Assembly (NCBI RefSeq): GCF_008065095.1
Contig: NZ_CP042911.1
Coordinates: 4,740,001-4,772,000, forward strand
Direction: 5' to 3'
Origin: Gemmata obscuriglobus
GTDB lineage: Bacteria > Planctomycetota > Planctomycetia > Gemmatales > Gemmataceae
DNA length: 32,000 bases
Under the pieces are notes generated by a model that saw nothing but the letters and a program-made list of their open reading frames with translations, searched no databases and was not told where the DNA came from. Positions 15,647 to 26,000 of this stretch are shown piece by piece. The number at the start of each line of letters is the position of its first letter. Positions within the stretch are counted from its first letter, which is position 1. The position numbers and the translations under genes are program-made.

Positions 15647-17197
15647 TCACGGCGCTCTGAGCATTCCAGGCATTCCTGGGTTCCCGGGCGGACCGATCAT
15701 CTGCCGGATGAGCGTGTCGCGGATCGCTGGAACCGCACGGGTTTCAAAGTCCGTCAGGCCGTACGTCCCCGGGAGCGTGAACTGCCCGCGTCCCACGTCA
15801 TCCTGCGTCACGTCCGCCTTCAGCGTCACATTGACGACGATCGTGAACAGCCCGTTGCCCGCATCCTTAAGGGCATAAGCGATATCGAAGTGAACAGGCT
15901 TCGGGTTCCCGTTGGCGTCCGGGTCCGGCGGTTCGACGAACGCGATGAGCTGATGGCCGATCGGCGGCGGCTGCGACTCAGGGGTGAAGACCTCACCCGG
16001 CGGCGGTTGAATCGCCTTGCCCCAGGACTCGTTCGCGAATGCCGTATTCACCGCGTTGGCGAACTCGGTTCGGATGCGTTCCTCGCGCCCTTCTTTGGTG
16101 CCTGCCCCTGGCGGGGTTGCGGTCTCGCTCACCCGCAGCGACACCACCGGTTGCTCTGCGGTGCCCAACCCCTTCAGCACTTCGGCCATTCCGCGGCCGA
16201 GCAGCTTATTCTCCGCCCGCGTCTCGACGTGGGTGATCGCGGGAGCGTAGAACTGCGCCAGCCGCCGGGTCACGGCGTCCCGGTGGAGTTTGTTCCGCGG
16301 GTCGGTGAGGTAAGCGCGGAGGAACCGCGGTTCGGTCATCGACGGCGGCGGGTTGTCCTTCATCACCGTGTCGAAGATCGTGTTGTCCCGGACCACCGGA
16401 TTAACGATGACACCCATGACGAAGAAGCACAGCAGCGCCCCCACGAACATGAACACGTAGGGCAGCAGCGGCGGCGCGGCGCGGCCCTCGCGCCCCGGCT
16501 CTTCGGGCACCTCGGTGATGTCCAACTCGATCAGGCTCAGGTTGATGTTGTTCTCGGCGTCCTTCGGCTCGTCGCCGTTGCGCACGACGTACCGCGCGAG
16601 ACCGCCCAGGTCCGCGGGCGGGAGTTCCCCGCGCTCGCCGCCGTCCGGACCCCGCGCCCACGCGAGGTAGTTCAAGTACGTCACCAAGTACTCGGAACGC
16701 GCCTCGTTGGTGAGCGTCACCGTGGTGAGTCCGCGCTTGCCGTAAGCGATACTGATGACGCTGTTCTGATAGTTCCCGTTGCTGTCGTAGTTGTGCGTGT
16801 AGCTGGCGTCGGAAACGTCGTCGATCGGCGTGACGGTCACCTGCTCGCGGAAGGCTTCGTACAGGTGCAGCGGGTCGGCATACACCCAGGTGCCGGCGTT
16901 CGCCCCGCCGCGCGTGCGGAACCGGGCCATCAGCAGCCACCCGCCGAGCAAGATGCCTCCGGTCTGGAGGCACGCGACCCCGAGCGGTTCGTGGAGGATG
17001 ATGCCCAGCCAGGGCATGAGCGTGAAGAGCAGCGTGGCGCCGATAATAAGCGGGCCGGCGATGCACCCGCACCCCGGGAGCGAATCGCTGGTCGACGCGA
17101 ACACGCCGGGCGACCCGACCCCTTCGTTGTCGCGCACAGCGGTGAGGTACTCGCGCGTCGCCTCGTCGAGTTCCTCGAAAATGAACGTCGTGGCCAT
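15647..17197 (-). CDS. Hypothetical membrane protein (about 3 TM helices), with no family I recognise
   Basis: 516 aa from ATG 17197 (alternative GTG at 17203). Hydrophobic helices are CIAGPLIIGATLLFTLMPWLGIIL, ACLQTGGILLGGWLLMA and LLPYVFMFVGALLCFFVMGVIV. Coding-like composition. It is co-directional with, and 140 nt downstream of, the ATP-grasp gene. Confidence 0.6.
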   Translation of the reverse strand: MATTFIFEELDEATREYLTAVRDNEGVGSPGVFASTSDSLPGCGCIAGPLIIGATLLFTLMPWLGIILHEPLGVACLQTGGILLGGWLLMARFRTRGGANAGTWVYADPLHLYEAFREQVTVTPIDDVSDASYTHNYDSNGNYQNSVISIAYGKRGLTTVTLTNEARSEYLVTYLNYLAWARGPDGGERGELPPADLGGLARYVVRNGDEPKDAENNINLSLIELDITEVPEEPGREGRAAPPLLPYVFMFVGALLCFFVMGVIVNPVVRDNTIFDTVMKDNPPPSMTEPRFLRAYLTDPRNKLHRDAVTRRLAQFYAPAITHVETRAENKLLGRGMAEVLKGLGTAEQPVVSLRVSETATPPGAGTKEGREERIRTEFANAVNTAFANESWGKAIQPPPGEVFTPESQPPPIGHQLIAFVEPPDPDANGNPKPVHFDIAYALKDAGNGLFTIVVNVTLKADVTQDDVGRGQFTLPGTYGLTDFETRAVPAIRDTLIRQMIGPPGNPGMPGMLRAP

Positions 17198-17342
17198 TCG
17201 CACTCCGCTACGATAGTCGGTCGAAGTCGAAAGTCGTGTCGTCGGAAGCCGTAACGCCGCGCACAGAGCAGGCGGCGGAATCCGGGCGCCAGGAGGCAGG
17301 CGGGTTCCGCTTTCAACGTTACCCCTCGCGAACCCGAAGCGC

Positions 17343-18482
17343 TCAGCCCACCATCTGGTGAGGCACGAACCGGCTGGTGTTTCGGGTGACGAGCGAATCG
17401 TCCTCGCGAATGCCCATCCCGCACGCCACGCCGTTCACCACCCAGCTCCCGATCACCGGGTAGCGGCCGTCGTGGGGCTTCATCTGCGGCGCGAGCGCCT
17501 GATACACATACGGCCCGCCCTGGTACGGTCCGTCGGTGCTCTGCACGAGGCGCCCGCCCATCACCACTTCGATGTTGGCCCCCTCGCGGGCGTGAACCGG
17601 CTTCTTCACATAGCTGCCGTCGGTGAGCGGGTCGAACGACGCCGGCAACAAGAACGGGCTATCCGGGTGCCGCTCATAGAGCAGCGGCAGGATGCTCTTG
17701 CAGCTCAGAATCATCTTCCACGGGGGCTCGACCCAGCGGGTCGGAGCGGTGCCGAGGTGGGGGCCGAACTCTTCACGCACCATCCACTCCCACGGGTACA
17801 GCTTGAAGCACCGGTGGATCGGGAAACCGGTGTTGTCCACGAACACCTTGCGCGGCCGGTCGTAGCCGATCTCCGCGACATCAATGAACGTGGTCTTCGC
17901 GCCGGCCTGAATCGCCACGTCCCGCATGTACTCTGCGGTGATGTAGTCCTCGGGCGTGTCGAGTTCGGTCATCGCCGCGAAGTGGATCGGACCGCTGTCC
18001 CGCTTCAGCACTTCTTTCCAGGCTTCGATCAGCTCCTCGTGGATGCTGTTGAACTGGTTGCCGCGCTCGTCCACGTCCTTGAGCCACATCCACTGCGCCA
18101 CCGACGCCTCGACCAGACCGGTCGGCGTGTCGGCGTTGTATTCAAGAAGTTTCGGTGGTCCCGCCCCGTCATACGCCAGGTCGAACCGGCCGTAGACGGA
18201 CGGCTCGTCGTTCTCCCACGAGCGGATGATGTACTGCTCGAACTCCTGCGGGATCATGAACAGCCCGAAGAGCCGCTTGTCGATCACGTCCTGCACGAGG
18301 TCGAGGCACATCTTGTGCAGCGCGGTGGTCGCTTCGTACAGTCGCTCGACTTCGTACTCGGTGAACTGGTAGTACGCGGACTCGTCCCAATACGGTTCGC
18401 CGCGCAGGGTGTGGTAGAACAGGCCGAACTCTTCGACCCGTTTTTGCCAGTTCGGACGGGGATCGACGCTGACCCTGCGCAT
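17343..18482 (-). CDS. Glutathionylspermidine synthase-family ATP-grasp protein (YgiC/YjfC-like)
   Basis: RPNWQKRVEEFGLFYH...YWDESAYYQFT..., GRFDLAYDG..PKLLEYNADTPTGLVEASVAQW and PWEW... match the GSP_synth pre-ATP-grasp family pattern. I prefer ATG 18482 (MRRVSV). Confidence 0.85.
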   Translation of the reverse strand: MRRVSVDPRPNWQKRVEEFGLFYHTLRGEPYWDESAYYQFTEYEVERLYEATTALHKMCLDLVQDVIDKRLFGLFMIPQEFEQYIIRSWENDEPSVYGRFDLAYDGAGPPKLLEYNADTPTGLVEASVAQWMWLKDVDERGNQFNSIHEELIEAWKEVLKRDSGPIHFAAMTELDTPEDYITAEYMRDVAIQAGAKTTFIDVAEIGYDRPRKVFVDNTGFPIHRCFKLYPWEWMVREEFGPHLGTAPTRWVEPPWKMILSCKSILPLLYERHPDSPFLLPASFDPLTDGSYVKKPVHAREGANIEVVMGGRLVQSTDGPYQGGPYVYQALAPQMKPHDGRYPVIGSWVVNGVACGMGIREDDSLVTRNTSRFVPHQMVG

Positions 18483-18611
18483 GAGAACTCCTACCGAACG
18501 GGCCGGTCGCGAGGTGCGCGGAAGCGCGGGCGGCCGGCGCAACCGGGCTGGCGTGGTGTCGTCACCACTGACCAGCCAGCTCGCGCCGGCCGCCCGCCGA
18601 ATGCGTGTGGA

Positions 18612-18917
18612 TCAGCCGCCGAAGCCGCCGCCGACGCGGCTGCCGACGGTCCCGAAGCCGCCCTTGGACACGCTCGCCATCGCCGGCGGGCGCGCCCCAC
18701 GGCCGCTCACCGCGGAGGGGCCGCCGCCGCCAAAGTGGCCGATGAAAATGAACGTACCCCCGCCGCTCCGGGATCGCCCCCCCGTGCGCCGTTCCGCCTG
18801 CTTGTCGGCTTCCGTTTCGTAGTTCGTTTCGGGCCACACGAAATACGCGCCCGTGAGTACGGTAGCACCGAGCACAACAAGAGACAGCTCACGCGACATG
18901 CGGGTCATGGCAGTCAC
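18612..18917 (-). CDS. Small membrane-anchored Gly-rich protein, possibly a miniature DUF1190 (YgiB/YjfM)-like partner of the ATP-grasp
   Basis: 101 aa. The N-terminal TM helix is LSLVVLGATVLTGAYFVW. The Gly-rich C-terminus is ...SKGGFGTVGSRVGGGFGG. It sits immediately upstream of, and co-directional with, the GSP-synthase-family gene, as ygiB-ygiC are arranged in enterobacteria. Compositional bias makes the coding call less certain. Confidence 0.5.
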   Translation of the reverse strand: MTAMTRMSRELSLVVLGATVLTGAYFVWPETNYETEADKQAERRTGGRSRSGGGTFIFIGHFGGGGPSAVSGRGARPPAMASVSKGGFGTVGSRVGGGFGG

Positions 18918-19303
18918 CCTGACAGGTGCGCCCGATCTGGGCGGTATCTAACTCTTCGTACCTAATCACCTACATCTTTACCACGTCCGCAGCGGCTTGG
19001 GTAGAGTTTTTTTCATGAACGGTCTAACACCTGCGGACAGATAGAGTTCTCCCACCCATATCGTGCGTGAAATCGCTCGAACCAACCCTTGGATTACGCT
19101 GGTAACTGAACCTGAGCGGCCGAATTATGAAGAAGGCATCACAATTAGCCTGCCTGTTGAACGACTTTGCCGGTCGATCTGGATAGCGAAACCGAGCCCA
19201 GAAGGGGCATTTCTGCGGTAGCGAACGGCCAGTGAACTGCCAGCTCCTGACCAGTCGGCCGGCAGCGAATGTCCAGCCGACAACCCACCAACTCCCGTCA
19301 AGT

Positions 19304-19329
19304 GGCGCTGTAACCCCCGTTACAGCGGC
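19304..19329. repeat. Short palindromic element CGCTGTAAC-CCCC-GTTACAGCG, copy 2 (inverted relative to copy 1)
   Basis: 9-bp perfect stem with a C4 loop, 26 nt downstream of the gabD-like stop codon on the minus strand. It is the reverse complement of the core at 7209-7238. Confidence 0.85.
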
Positions 19330-19354
19330 AGCCGAGGGACGATCGGACCGCGTG

Positions 19355-20815
19355 CTATCCTCGCAGCATCATCGAGACATACTTCGTTTCCAGGTATGCT
19401 TCGAGCCCCTCGTGAGCGAGTTCGCGCCCCATGCCGGACTCTTTCATCCCGCCGAACGGGCATTGTGGCGTTGCCGGAACCGGGTCGTTCAGCCCGATGA
19501 TGCCCGCCTCCAGCCCCTCCGCCATCCGCCACGCGATGCTCAGGTCGTTCGTAAACACGTAGGCGGCGAGACCGTATTTCGTGCTGTTGGCGGCAGCGAT
19601 CACCTCGTCGAGCTTGGAGAAGTCGAGCACCGGCATGACCGGCGCGAACGGCTCGTCCGTCAAAATCTTCGCGTCCGGCGTTACACCCCGCAGAATGGTG
19701 GGCTCCATGAAGTAGCCGTGCTCGAACGCCGACCCCTTGGGGCGACCGCCGCCCGTCAGGCAAGCGGCCCCCTTCCCCGTCGCATCGGCGATCAGTTCGC
19801 GGGTGGCGTCGACCCGCTTCTGTTCGATCATCGGCCCCACGACGACCCCGTCTTCCAGTCCGTTGCCGAGTTTAAGCTTCTTGGCCTCTTCGACCGCCAC
19901 CTCGGTGAACTTCTTCGCGATGTCCTGGTGAACGAAGAAGCGGCTGGGGCTGATGCACACCTGTCCGTTATTGCGGAACTTGCCGAGTACGGCGGCCTTG
20001 GCGACCACTTCGGGGTCGGCGTCCGGGAACACGATGAACGGCGCGTGGCCGCCGAGTTCGAGGCTGAGCCGCTTCACTTGGTCCGCGGCCTGCTTCATAA
20101 GGATCTTGCCGACCCGCGTGGAGCCGGTGAAGCTCACCTTGCGCACCGCCGGGTTCTCCATGAACTCGGTCGCGACCTCTTCGCCCGGCCCCAGCACCAT
20201 GTTCGCGACGCCCGGCGGCAGCTTGGCGTCTTCGATCAGTTCGAACAGCGCGATGCCGCACAGCGGGGTGAGTTCCGACGGCTTCGCAACGATGGTGCAA
20301 CCCGCGGCCAGCGCCGGCGCGATTTTGCGGCACAGGAGCGTGAGCGGGAAGTTCCACGGCGCGATCGCACCGACCACACCGACTGGGTGCTTGATGGTCA
20401 TGTGCCGCTTGGCGGCGTTGGCCGGCGGGATCACCTGCCCGTAGGCCCGCTTGCCCTCCTCCGCGAACCACTCGAAGGTGTCCGCGGAGTGCATCACCTC
20501 GCCCTTCGCCTCGACGAGGGGCTTGCCCTGCTCCATCGTCATCACCCGGCTGATGGCATCGGCGCGCTCGCGCATCAGGTCGGCGATCTTCTTCAAGAAC
20601 TTCGCGCGGTCGTAGGGCGTCAATTTCATCCAGCCCGGAAGGGCCGCGGACGCCGCCGCGACGGCCTTGGCGGTGTCAGCGCGGTTACCGAAGCTGACGT
20701 CCGCAAGGGTCTCTTCGGTCGCGGGGTTGACGACCGGGAGCTTGTTACCGGTGGACGACTCGCACCACGCCCCGTTGATGAACAGTTGGCGGTTCTTGAC
20801 GGGCAAAGCGGACAT
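19355..20815 (-). CDS. gabD: NAD(P)-dependent succinate-semialdehyde dehydrogenase-like aldehyde dehydrogenase
   Basis: 486 aa from ATG 20815 (MSALPVKNRQLFINGAW). MTMEQGKPLVEAKGEV...EWFAEEGKR, PWNFP, SLELGG (catalytic Glu) and GQVCISPSR (catalytic Cys) align closely, from memory, with E. coli GabD. The upstream 126 codons of the ORF are Arg-rich non-coding extension. Confidence 0.8.
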   Translation of the reverse strand: MSALPVKNRQLFINGAWCESSTGNKLPVVNPATEETLADVSFGNRADTAKAVAAASAALPGWMKLTPYDRAKFLKKIADLMRERADAISRVMTMEQGKPLVEAKGEVMHSADTFEWFAEEGKRAYGQVIPPANAAKRHMTIKHPVGVVGAIAPWNFPLTLLCRKIAPALAAGCTIVAKPSELTPLCGIALFELIEDAKLPPGVANMVLGPGEEVATEFMENPAVRKVSFTGSTRVGKILMKQAADQVKRLSLELGGHAPFIVFPDADPEVVAKAAVLGKFRNNGQVCISPSRFFVHQDIAKKFTEVAVEEAKKLKLGNGLEDGVVVGPMIEQKRVDATRELIADATGKGAACLTGGGRPKGSAFEHGYFMEPTILRGVTPDAKILTDEPFAPVMPVLDFSKLDEVIAAANSTKYGLAAYVFTNDLSIAWRMAEGLEAGIIGLNDPVPATPQCPFGGMKESGMGRELAHEGLEAYLETKYVSMMLRG

Positions 20816-21130
20816 CGTTGGACTCCAAAAAAAAGACGTGGCGAGATGCAGGTATGCTACGCACCGCCGAACGGAGCGAGCAGTGCCGCCTGACCGATCG
20901 CACACGGTCCGAGATCCCGCACAGCCGTCGGCTTCCGCACAATGCGATTGGACCGCTGCCCCGAGGCGTGTGTTGCCACGCCTGTGGAACTGAAACGCAC
21001 CAATCACGCGCCTGCCGCGGTGTAGCGCGGGTGACCGGCGCGCACCGCCGTTGACAGCGACGCGACAGGCGCGGGCCACTGACAGACGGGCGAAGGCGGT
21101 GCTGCGGCGCGACCGGCGGCAAAACGTTAG

Positions 21131-21173
21131 CGGCTCCGGCGGAGTGCCCTTGGGTCGGGGTCCGCCGGAGCCG
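21131..21173. repeat. 13-bp perfect inverted repeat (CGGCTCCGGCGGA / TCCGCCGGAGCCG) with a 17-nt loop
   Basis: Direct reading of 21131-21143 against 21161-21173. It lies in the 840-bp gene-free region between divergent gabD and the MOSC gene. Confidence 0.8.
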
Positions 21174-21655
21174 GTTAAAGAGAGCGAAGGCACCGCGACC
21201 CGCTCCCAGCACGGGCCGCGGTCGCTGCTGGCTCTGAAACAGCGCCCCGGGGAGTGAGGCCGGGGGCACAGCTATCATCGAACCGAGGCCGGGTAATTTG
21301 CAGGGGTAATTAATCAATACGGGCGAGCCAGAGAGTATTAATTATAATCGCCTTATCAATAGATCGAATTTACAGCCGCCCTGACTGAAAGTGTCGCCCC
21401 CGGCGGATCGGACAAATCGGTACCGAGATGGACCTGGGAAGCAAGAACGACGGGCACATGTGCTTGGTGCCCGGCTGAGCGCGAGTTTGCCAGGGCTAAA
21501 TCCGACCCTGGCGCGGAGGCTCGTCGACGCGACTCACCCGATGCCCCCGTGCCGGAAGTCCACCCGTGGTATCATTGATGTCGGGATCGACTGGTGGAAT
21601 GCTGCTTCGGAAGCGCCCGGGCGATCACTTCGGGCGGCGATCTTGAGGGCCACAC

Positions 21656-22288
21656 ATGAAAGTCGTCGCGCTGAGTGTCGGCGGGCCGCGCGAGATTGAA
21701 TGGAACGGCGATACGGTGCGGACCTCGATCTTCAAGACGCCGACCGAGCGCCGGCTACGGGTTTCCGCGCTCAACATCGAAGGAGACGAGCAGTCGGATC
21801 TGTCGGTCCACGGCGGGACCGAGAAGGCCGTGTACGCGTACCCGTCCGAGCACTACCCGTTGTGGCAGAAGGACCTCTCGGGCGCGGACCTGTCCGAAGC
21901 GGCGTTCGGAGAAAACCTGACCACCGAAGGGCTGACGGAAGAGGTGCGCATCGGCGACCGATTCCGAATCGGGACGGCCGAGTTCGTTGTCACCCAGCCC
22001 CGCATGCCCTGCTTCAAATTGGGGATCAAGTTCGGGCGGCAAGACGTACTCCGCCGGATGCTCAGGACCGGCCGAACCGGGTTCTATTTCTCGGTAGCGG
22101 TTGAGGGCGAGATCGGTGCCGGCGACACCATCGAGTTGGTTCAGGAATCGCAAGACGAACTGACCGTGAGTGATGTGGTCCGACTGTTCACAGTGGAAGC
22201 AAAGAACCAAACCCTGCTCCGCAGGGTCATGCGGTCCCCGGTGCTGCCGCAGAACTGGAAGGACTACTTCGGCGAACGGCTCGAGTGA
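21656..22288 (+). CDS. MOSC-domain protein (YiiM-like)
   Basis: GDEQSDLSVHGGTEKAVYAY..., GENLTTEGL.E..V.IGD.F.IG.A.F.VTQPR.PC.KL and a 3-alpha C-terminal segment are present. A GAGGG Shine-Dalgarno sequence precedes ATG 21656. Confidence 0.85.
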   Translation: MKVVALSVGGPREIEWNGDTVRTSIFKTPTERRLRVSALNIEGDEQSDLSVHGGTEKAVYAYPSEHYPLWQKDLSGADLSEAAFGENLTTEGLTEEVRIGDRFRIGTAEFVVTQPRMPCFKLGIKFGRQDVLRRMLRTGRTGFYFSVAVEGEIGAGDTIELVQESQDELTVSDVVRLFTVEAKNQTLLRRVMRSPVLPQNWKDYFGERLE

Positions 22289-22505
22289 TTCGTGACTCCT
22301 CGGCCATACTCATTTCGCGCCTCTTCCGAGAGTCAGTGCGGTTGAGCGATAGCGGGTCTGGCGACCTCGGTATATCGGCGAGTCCGATGGTCCGGTTTAG
22401 CATGTGCGGTCAGTCTCGCCGCTCATTGTGTCCTTCAGGAGTGGCAACGCCTGAGGCCAACCGATACGGAGGCCAGCGAGGCATTGCCATCTGGTAGGGG
22501 CTCCG

Positions 22506-22776
22506 ATGAGCGATGAAGCGGCGCTGCGGCGAGCGATCGACGCTGAGCCGGACGGTGATACGCCGCGGCTCGTATATGCCGGCTGGCTCGACGACACTGG
22601 ACCTGGGCACTCTGGACGACGAGACGGCGATCGTCGGGCTCGGCAACCTCCCCAACTTACAATCGCTGACACTCAACGGACGCGAATACACCAGAGGCGA
22701 ATTTCAGGAATTCGCGGCACAAGTGCTAAAACGTGCGGACGCTCTCTCAAAACCCACTTACGGCTTGTTGGGATGA
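22506..22776 (+). pseudogene. Decayed TIGR02996-domain / leucine-rich-repeat gene (internal deletion plus frameshift)
   Basis: Frame 3 gives MSDEAALRRAIDAEPDGDTPRLVYAGWLDD, the TIGR02996-type N-terminus, and then degenerates into Arg-rich sequence. From about 22590 frame 1 reads TLDLGTLDDETAIVGLGNLPNLQSLTLNGREYTRGEFQEFAAQVL...*, an LRR C-terminus, stopping at 22776. Confidence 0.55.
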
Positions 22777-23008
22777 TCCCTCGCTTTGTGCGAAGTGACG
22801 TTGCGAACGCCATTTTCCCTTTGCCGGTTCCAGCCCGAAGCGGGAGCCACGGCGTCGGTCAGAATTGTAACTACCCAGCTTCGCGCCGGTCGTGGGCAAT
22901 CCCACCGTGGCGGCCCTTCGTCTAAGGGGTATAATCGGGTATTGCGTTTCCGCAACGCCCCGGTGCCGAACACGCCAGGTAGCTCGTCTGCCTTCGGAGA
23001 TCGCTGAA

Positions 23009-26000
23009 ATGGCCGCGGTTCTCGAACCGAAAGACCCCACGGAAGCCGCCGCGAAGCTCGGCTCGCAGGTGGACGAGCAACTCGCACAGGCCACGACCCG
23101 CATCCGCGCCCACGACCTCGCGCTCGGCGCGCTGGTGCTCGTCGCGTTCGTGCTGGCCTACGCCACCGCGGTGATCCTGCTCGACAAATTCATCGACCTC
23201 CCGCAGTGGCTCCGGCAACTGTCGCTGCTCGGGTTCATCGGGGCGCTCGCGGCCATCACCTACCTCACAATCGTGACCCCGCTCCGCAAGAAGATCAACC
23301 CGCTCTACGCGGCGAAACAGGTCGAGAGCACCATCGACGACGCCAAGAACAGCGTCACCGGGTACGTCGACGCCCAACAGAAGGGCGCCCTCAACGCGAC
23401 CGTGAAGGCCGCCCTGGCGCGGCGCGCGGCGAAGTCGGTCGCCGAGGCCGACGTGAACAAGGCCGTCGACCACCGCAGCCTGCTCTACCTCGGCGGCGCC
23501 GCCATCGCGCTGGCCCTTACGCTCGTGGTCCTGTTCTTCGTGTTCCGCCCGTCGCAGTTCGGATCGCTCCTCACCCGCGCGTTCGTACCATTCATCTCAA
23601 CGCAAGTGGGGACCCGCACACAGATCAAGTTGACCAAGCCCGAACCCGCCGAACCGACCATCACCGAAGGCCAGACGGTCACGGTCGCGGTTCACATCGG
23701 CGGAAAGGTCCCCAGCACCGACAGCCCCGAGCGGGTGCGGCTGCTGATCCGGCACAACCCGGCGGACCCGAACTACATCGAAGTGCCGATGGTCGAAGCC
23801 GAGACCTCCCGCGACTTCGAGCTGCGCGTGCCCAACCACCACGTCCAGAACGGTTTCTGGTACAAGGTCGCCGCCGGGGACGACCAAACGGACGAGTACA
23901 AGGTGACGGTGCGGTCGCTGCCGCTGTTCACACACTTCCAGGCGACCTACGAGTCCCCGAAGTACCTGCGCCGCAAGGCCGAAACGATCAGCAGCCCGCT
24001 CATCCAGGGGTACCGCGGCACAACGGTGACCCTCACCGCACAAACCAACCACGACGTTCGCGACGGCGCGATGGTCATCGAGCCCGGCGGGACCGTCGTT
24101 CCGGGCACCACAACCGCGGACGACCCGAAGGCCCTCCAGTTCCGGTTCAAGCTCAAGGAGTCGGGCCGGTACAGGCTCACCTACACCACCACCGACGGCG
24201 AAAAGAGCGCCGAGCCGTTCGTGTCCACGATTGTGGTCCAGAACGACGCCGCGCCGACCCTCGTCATCGACAAGCCCGAAGAGGAAGAGGTCACCGTCCC
24301 GGCGAACGGACAGCTCGCGATCGACGGCAAGGTCGGCGACGACTTCGGCGTCGACACGATCACGCTGAAGATGCGTCTCACCGGCGCGACGGCGCGCGAC
24401 CTGTTGGAACGCCCCTTTTTGTACGGCAAGAGCAAATCGTTCAAGCGCGAGAAGGACGGCACCTACCCCACTGACGTGGAGTACAAGGGATCGGTCAACT
24501 TCGCCGAGCTGACGAAGGCCCCCGCCGGAGTGCCGTTCGAGGCCAAGCCGGACATGGTGATCGAGTACTGGCTCGAGGCCACCGACAACTGCACCGAGCC
24601 AAAGCCGAACGTCGGCAGGTCCGCGGTCAAGCGCGTGCGCCTCGCACCGCCGGTCGTCGAGGAGCCCAAGAAGCAAGAACAGAAGCAGCAAAATAACGAA
24701 CGGAAGAACGAAGAGCAGAAGCACAACGACGACCAGCAACAAAAGCTGGAGCAAGAGAGGCGCGACCAGCCGCAGAACGGCGGGCAGCAGCAGCAGAACG
24801 GCGAGCAACAGCCCAAAGAGGGCGAGCCCCAAAAGGGCAACGACGCCACTCCCAAGCGGGACGGCAACGACCCGATGGGCGCGAACCCGCCCCCGAAGGA
24901 AAAGGGACAGCCGAACAAACCCGAGGGCAAGCAGGACGGCTCCGGCGGCAAAGCGGACGGCACACCCGACAAGGGCTCGAACGAAGGCAACCCGATGCCG
25001 AAGGGGGCCGGCGAGAAGAGCGACAATCCGTCCAAGGGCATGAACGATGCCCAGCCCAACCCGATGCAGCCGAACGACCCGAACGGCACTGGAACGGGCG
25101 GCATGAACCAAGCGGAAACCGCCCCGCCGCCCAAGACGCCGGATGAGAAGGACGTTCAGAACAAGGCGGAACAGCTCAAGAACGCGATCGAGGAGGAGAA
25201 CAAGAGCGGCGGGTCCGTGAAGCCGAACGAGGCCCCGAGCGCGCAAGAACGCACCGACCCGGGCCGAGCCAAGCCCCAGCCGAAGAACGATAGCGGCAAC
25301 ACCAGCGGCATGGCGGAGCAGAAGCCCGAACAAAAGCCCGATCCGATGCAACCGGAAAAGGGCGCGGCCGCCAGCGGCAAGCCAGAGGGGAACCCCGAGA
25401 AATCCCCCGAGCCCTCGACCACGAAGCCGGACGGCTCAAAGCAGCCGGACCCGATGTCGGGGTCGGAGCCCAAGAACGGCGCGCCCCCCGAACCGCGCAA
25501 CGAACCGATCGAGAACGCTCCGGGCACCGAGAAGGCGCAGCCACAAGCAGGGCAATCCGCACCGAAGGAGCCGAAAGAGGCGAACCCGAAGCAAGATCAG
25601 AACGCGGGCGGTAGCGCCAAGCCAGCAACCTTGAAGGATGCGGATAAGCCCCCGATGGGCGCACCCAACCCTGGCGAGAAGTCCGATCCCGCGGCAGACG
25701 CCGGGAGCAAAGCCAAGCCGGCGCCGGACCCGGCACGCGGTGCCGAGAAGCCCGCCGACCCGAAAGGCCGCACCGCGCCACCGGAAGCCAAGGGAGAAAC
25801 CAAGCCCGAGGGCGGCGAGGCGAAACCGGATAAGGCACCACCGGCCGGGGAATCGAAAGGAATGCCGCCGAAAGAAGACGCGATGAACCCCGGCGCCGGG
25901 ATGGGGCAACCGGAAGCGAAGCCCGAACCCGACGGCGCGAACCAGCCGCAAAAGCCGAACGGCACCCGCGCCGCCGAAACCAAGCCTCAGAAGCCCGACG

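Noticed and set aside
21390-21655. Possible Moco riboswitch or other leader upstream of the MOSC gene. Several 5-6 bp hairpins are visible, for example GGGCAC...GTGCCC and CCAGGG...CCCTGG. Also the 102-aa ORF 21391..21699.
   Set aside because: I cannot match the Moco-RNA consensus from memory, and the short hairpins are expected by chance in GC-rich DNA. The ORF is Arg-rich, starts with GTG, overlaps the MOSC start and has no motifs. An Infernal scan would be needed.
22506-22925. Reading the 139-aa frame-3 ORF as an intact gene.
   Set aside because: After about 30 residues of clear TIGR02996-like sequence the frame becomes Arg-rich nonsense, whereas frame 1 carries a clean LRR C-terminus. 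I therefore interpret it as a frameshifted, internally deleted pseudogene. Programmed frameshifting was considered, but there is no slippery motif or supporting structure.
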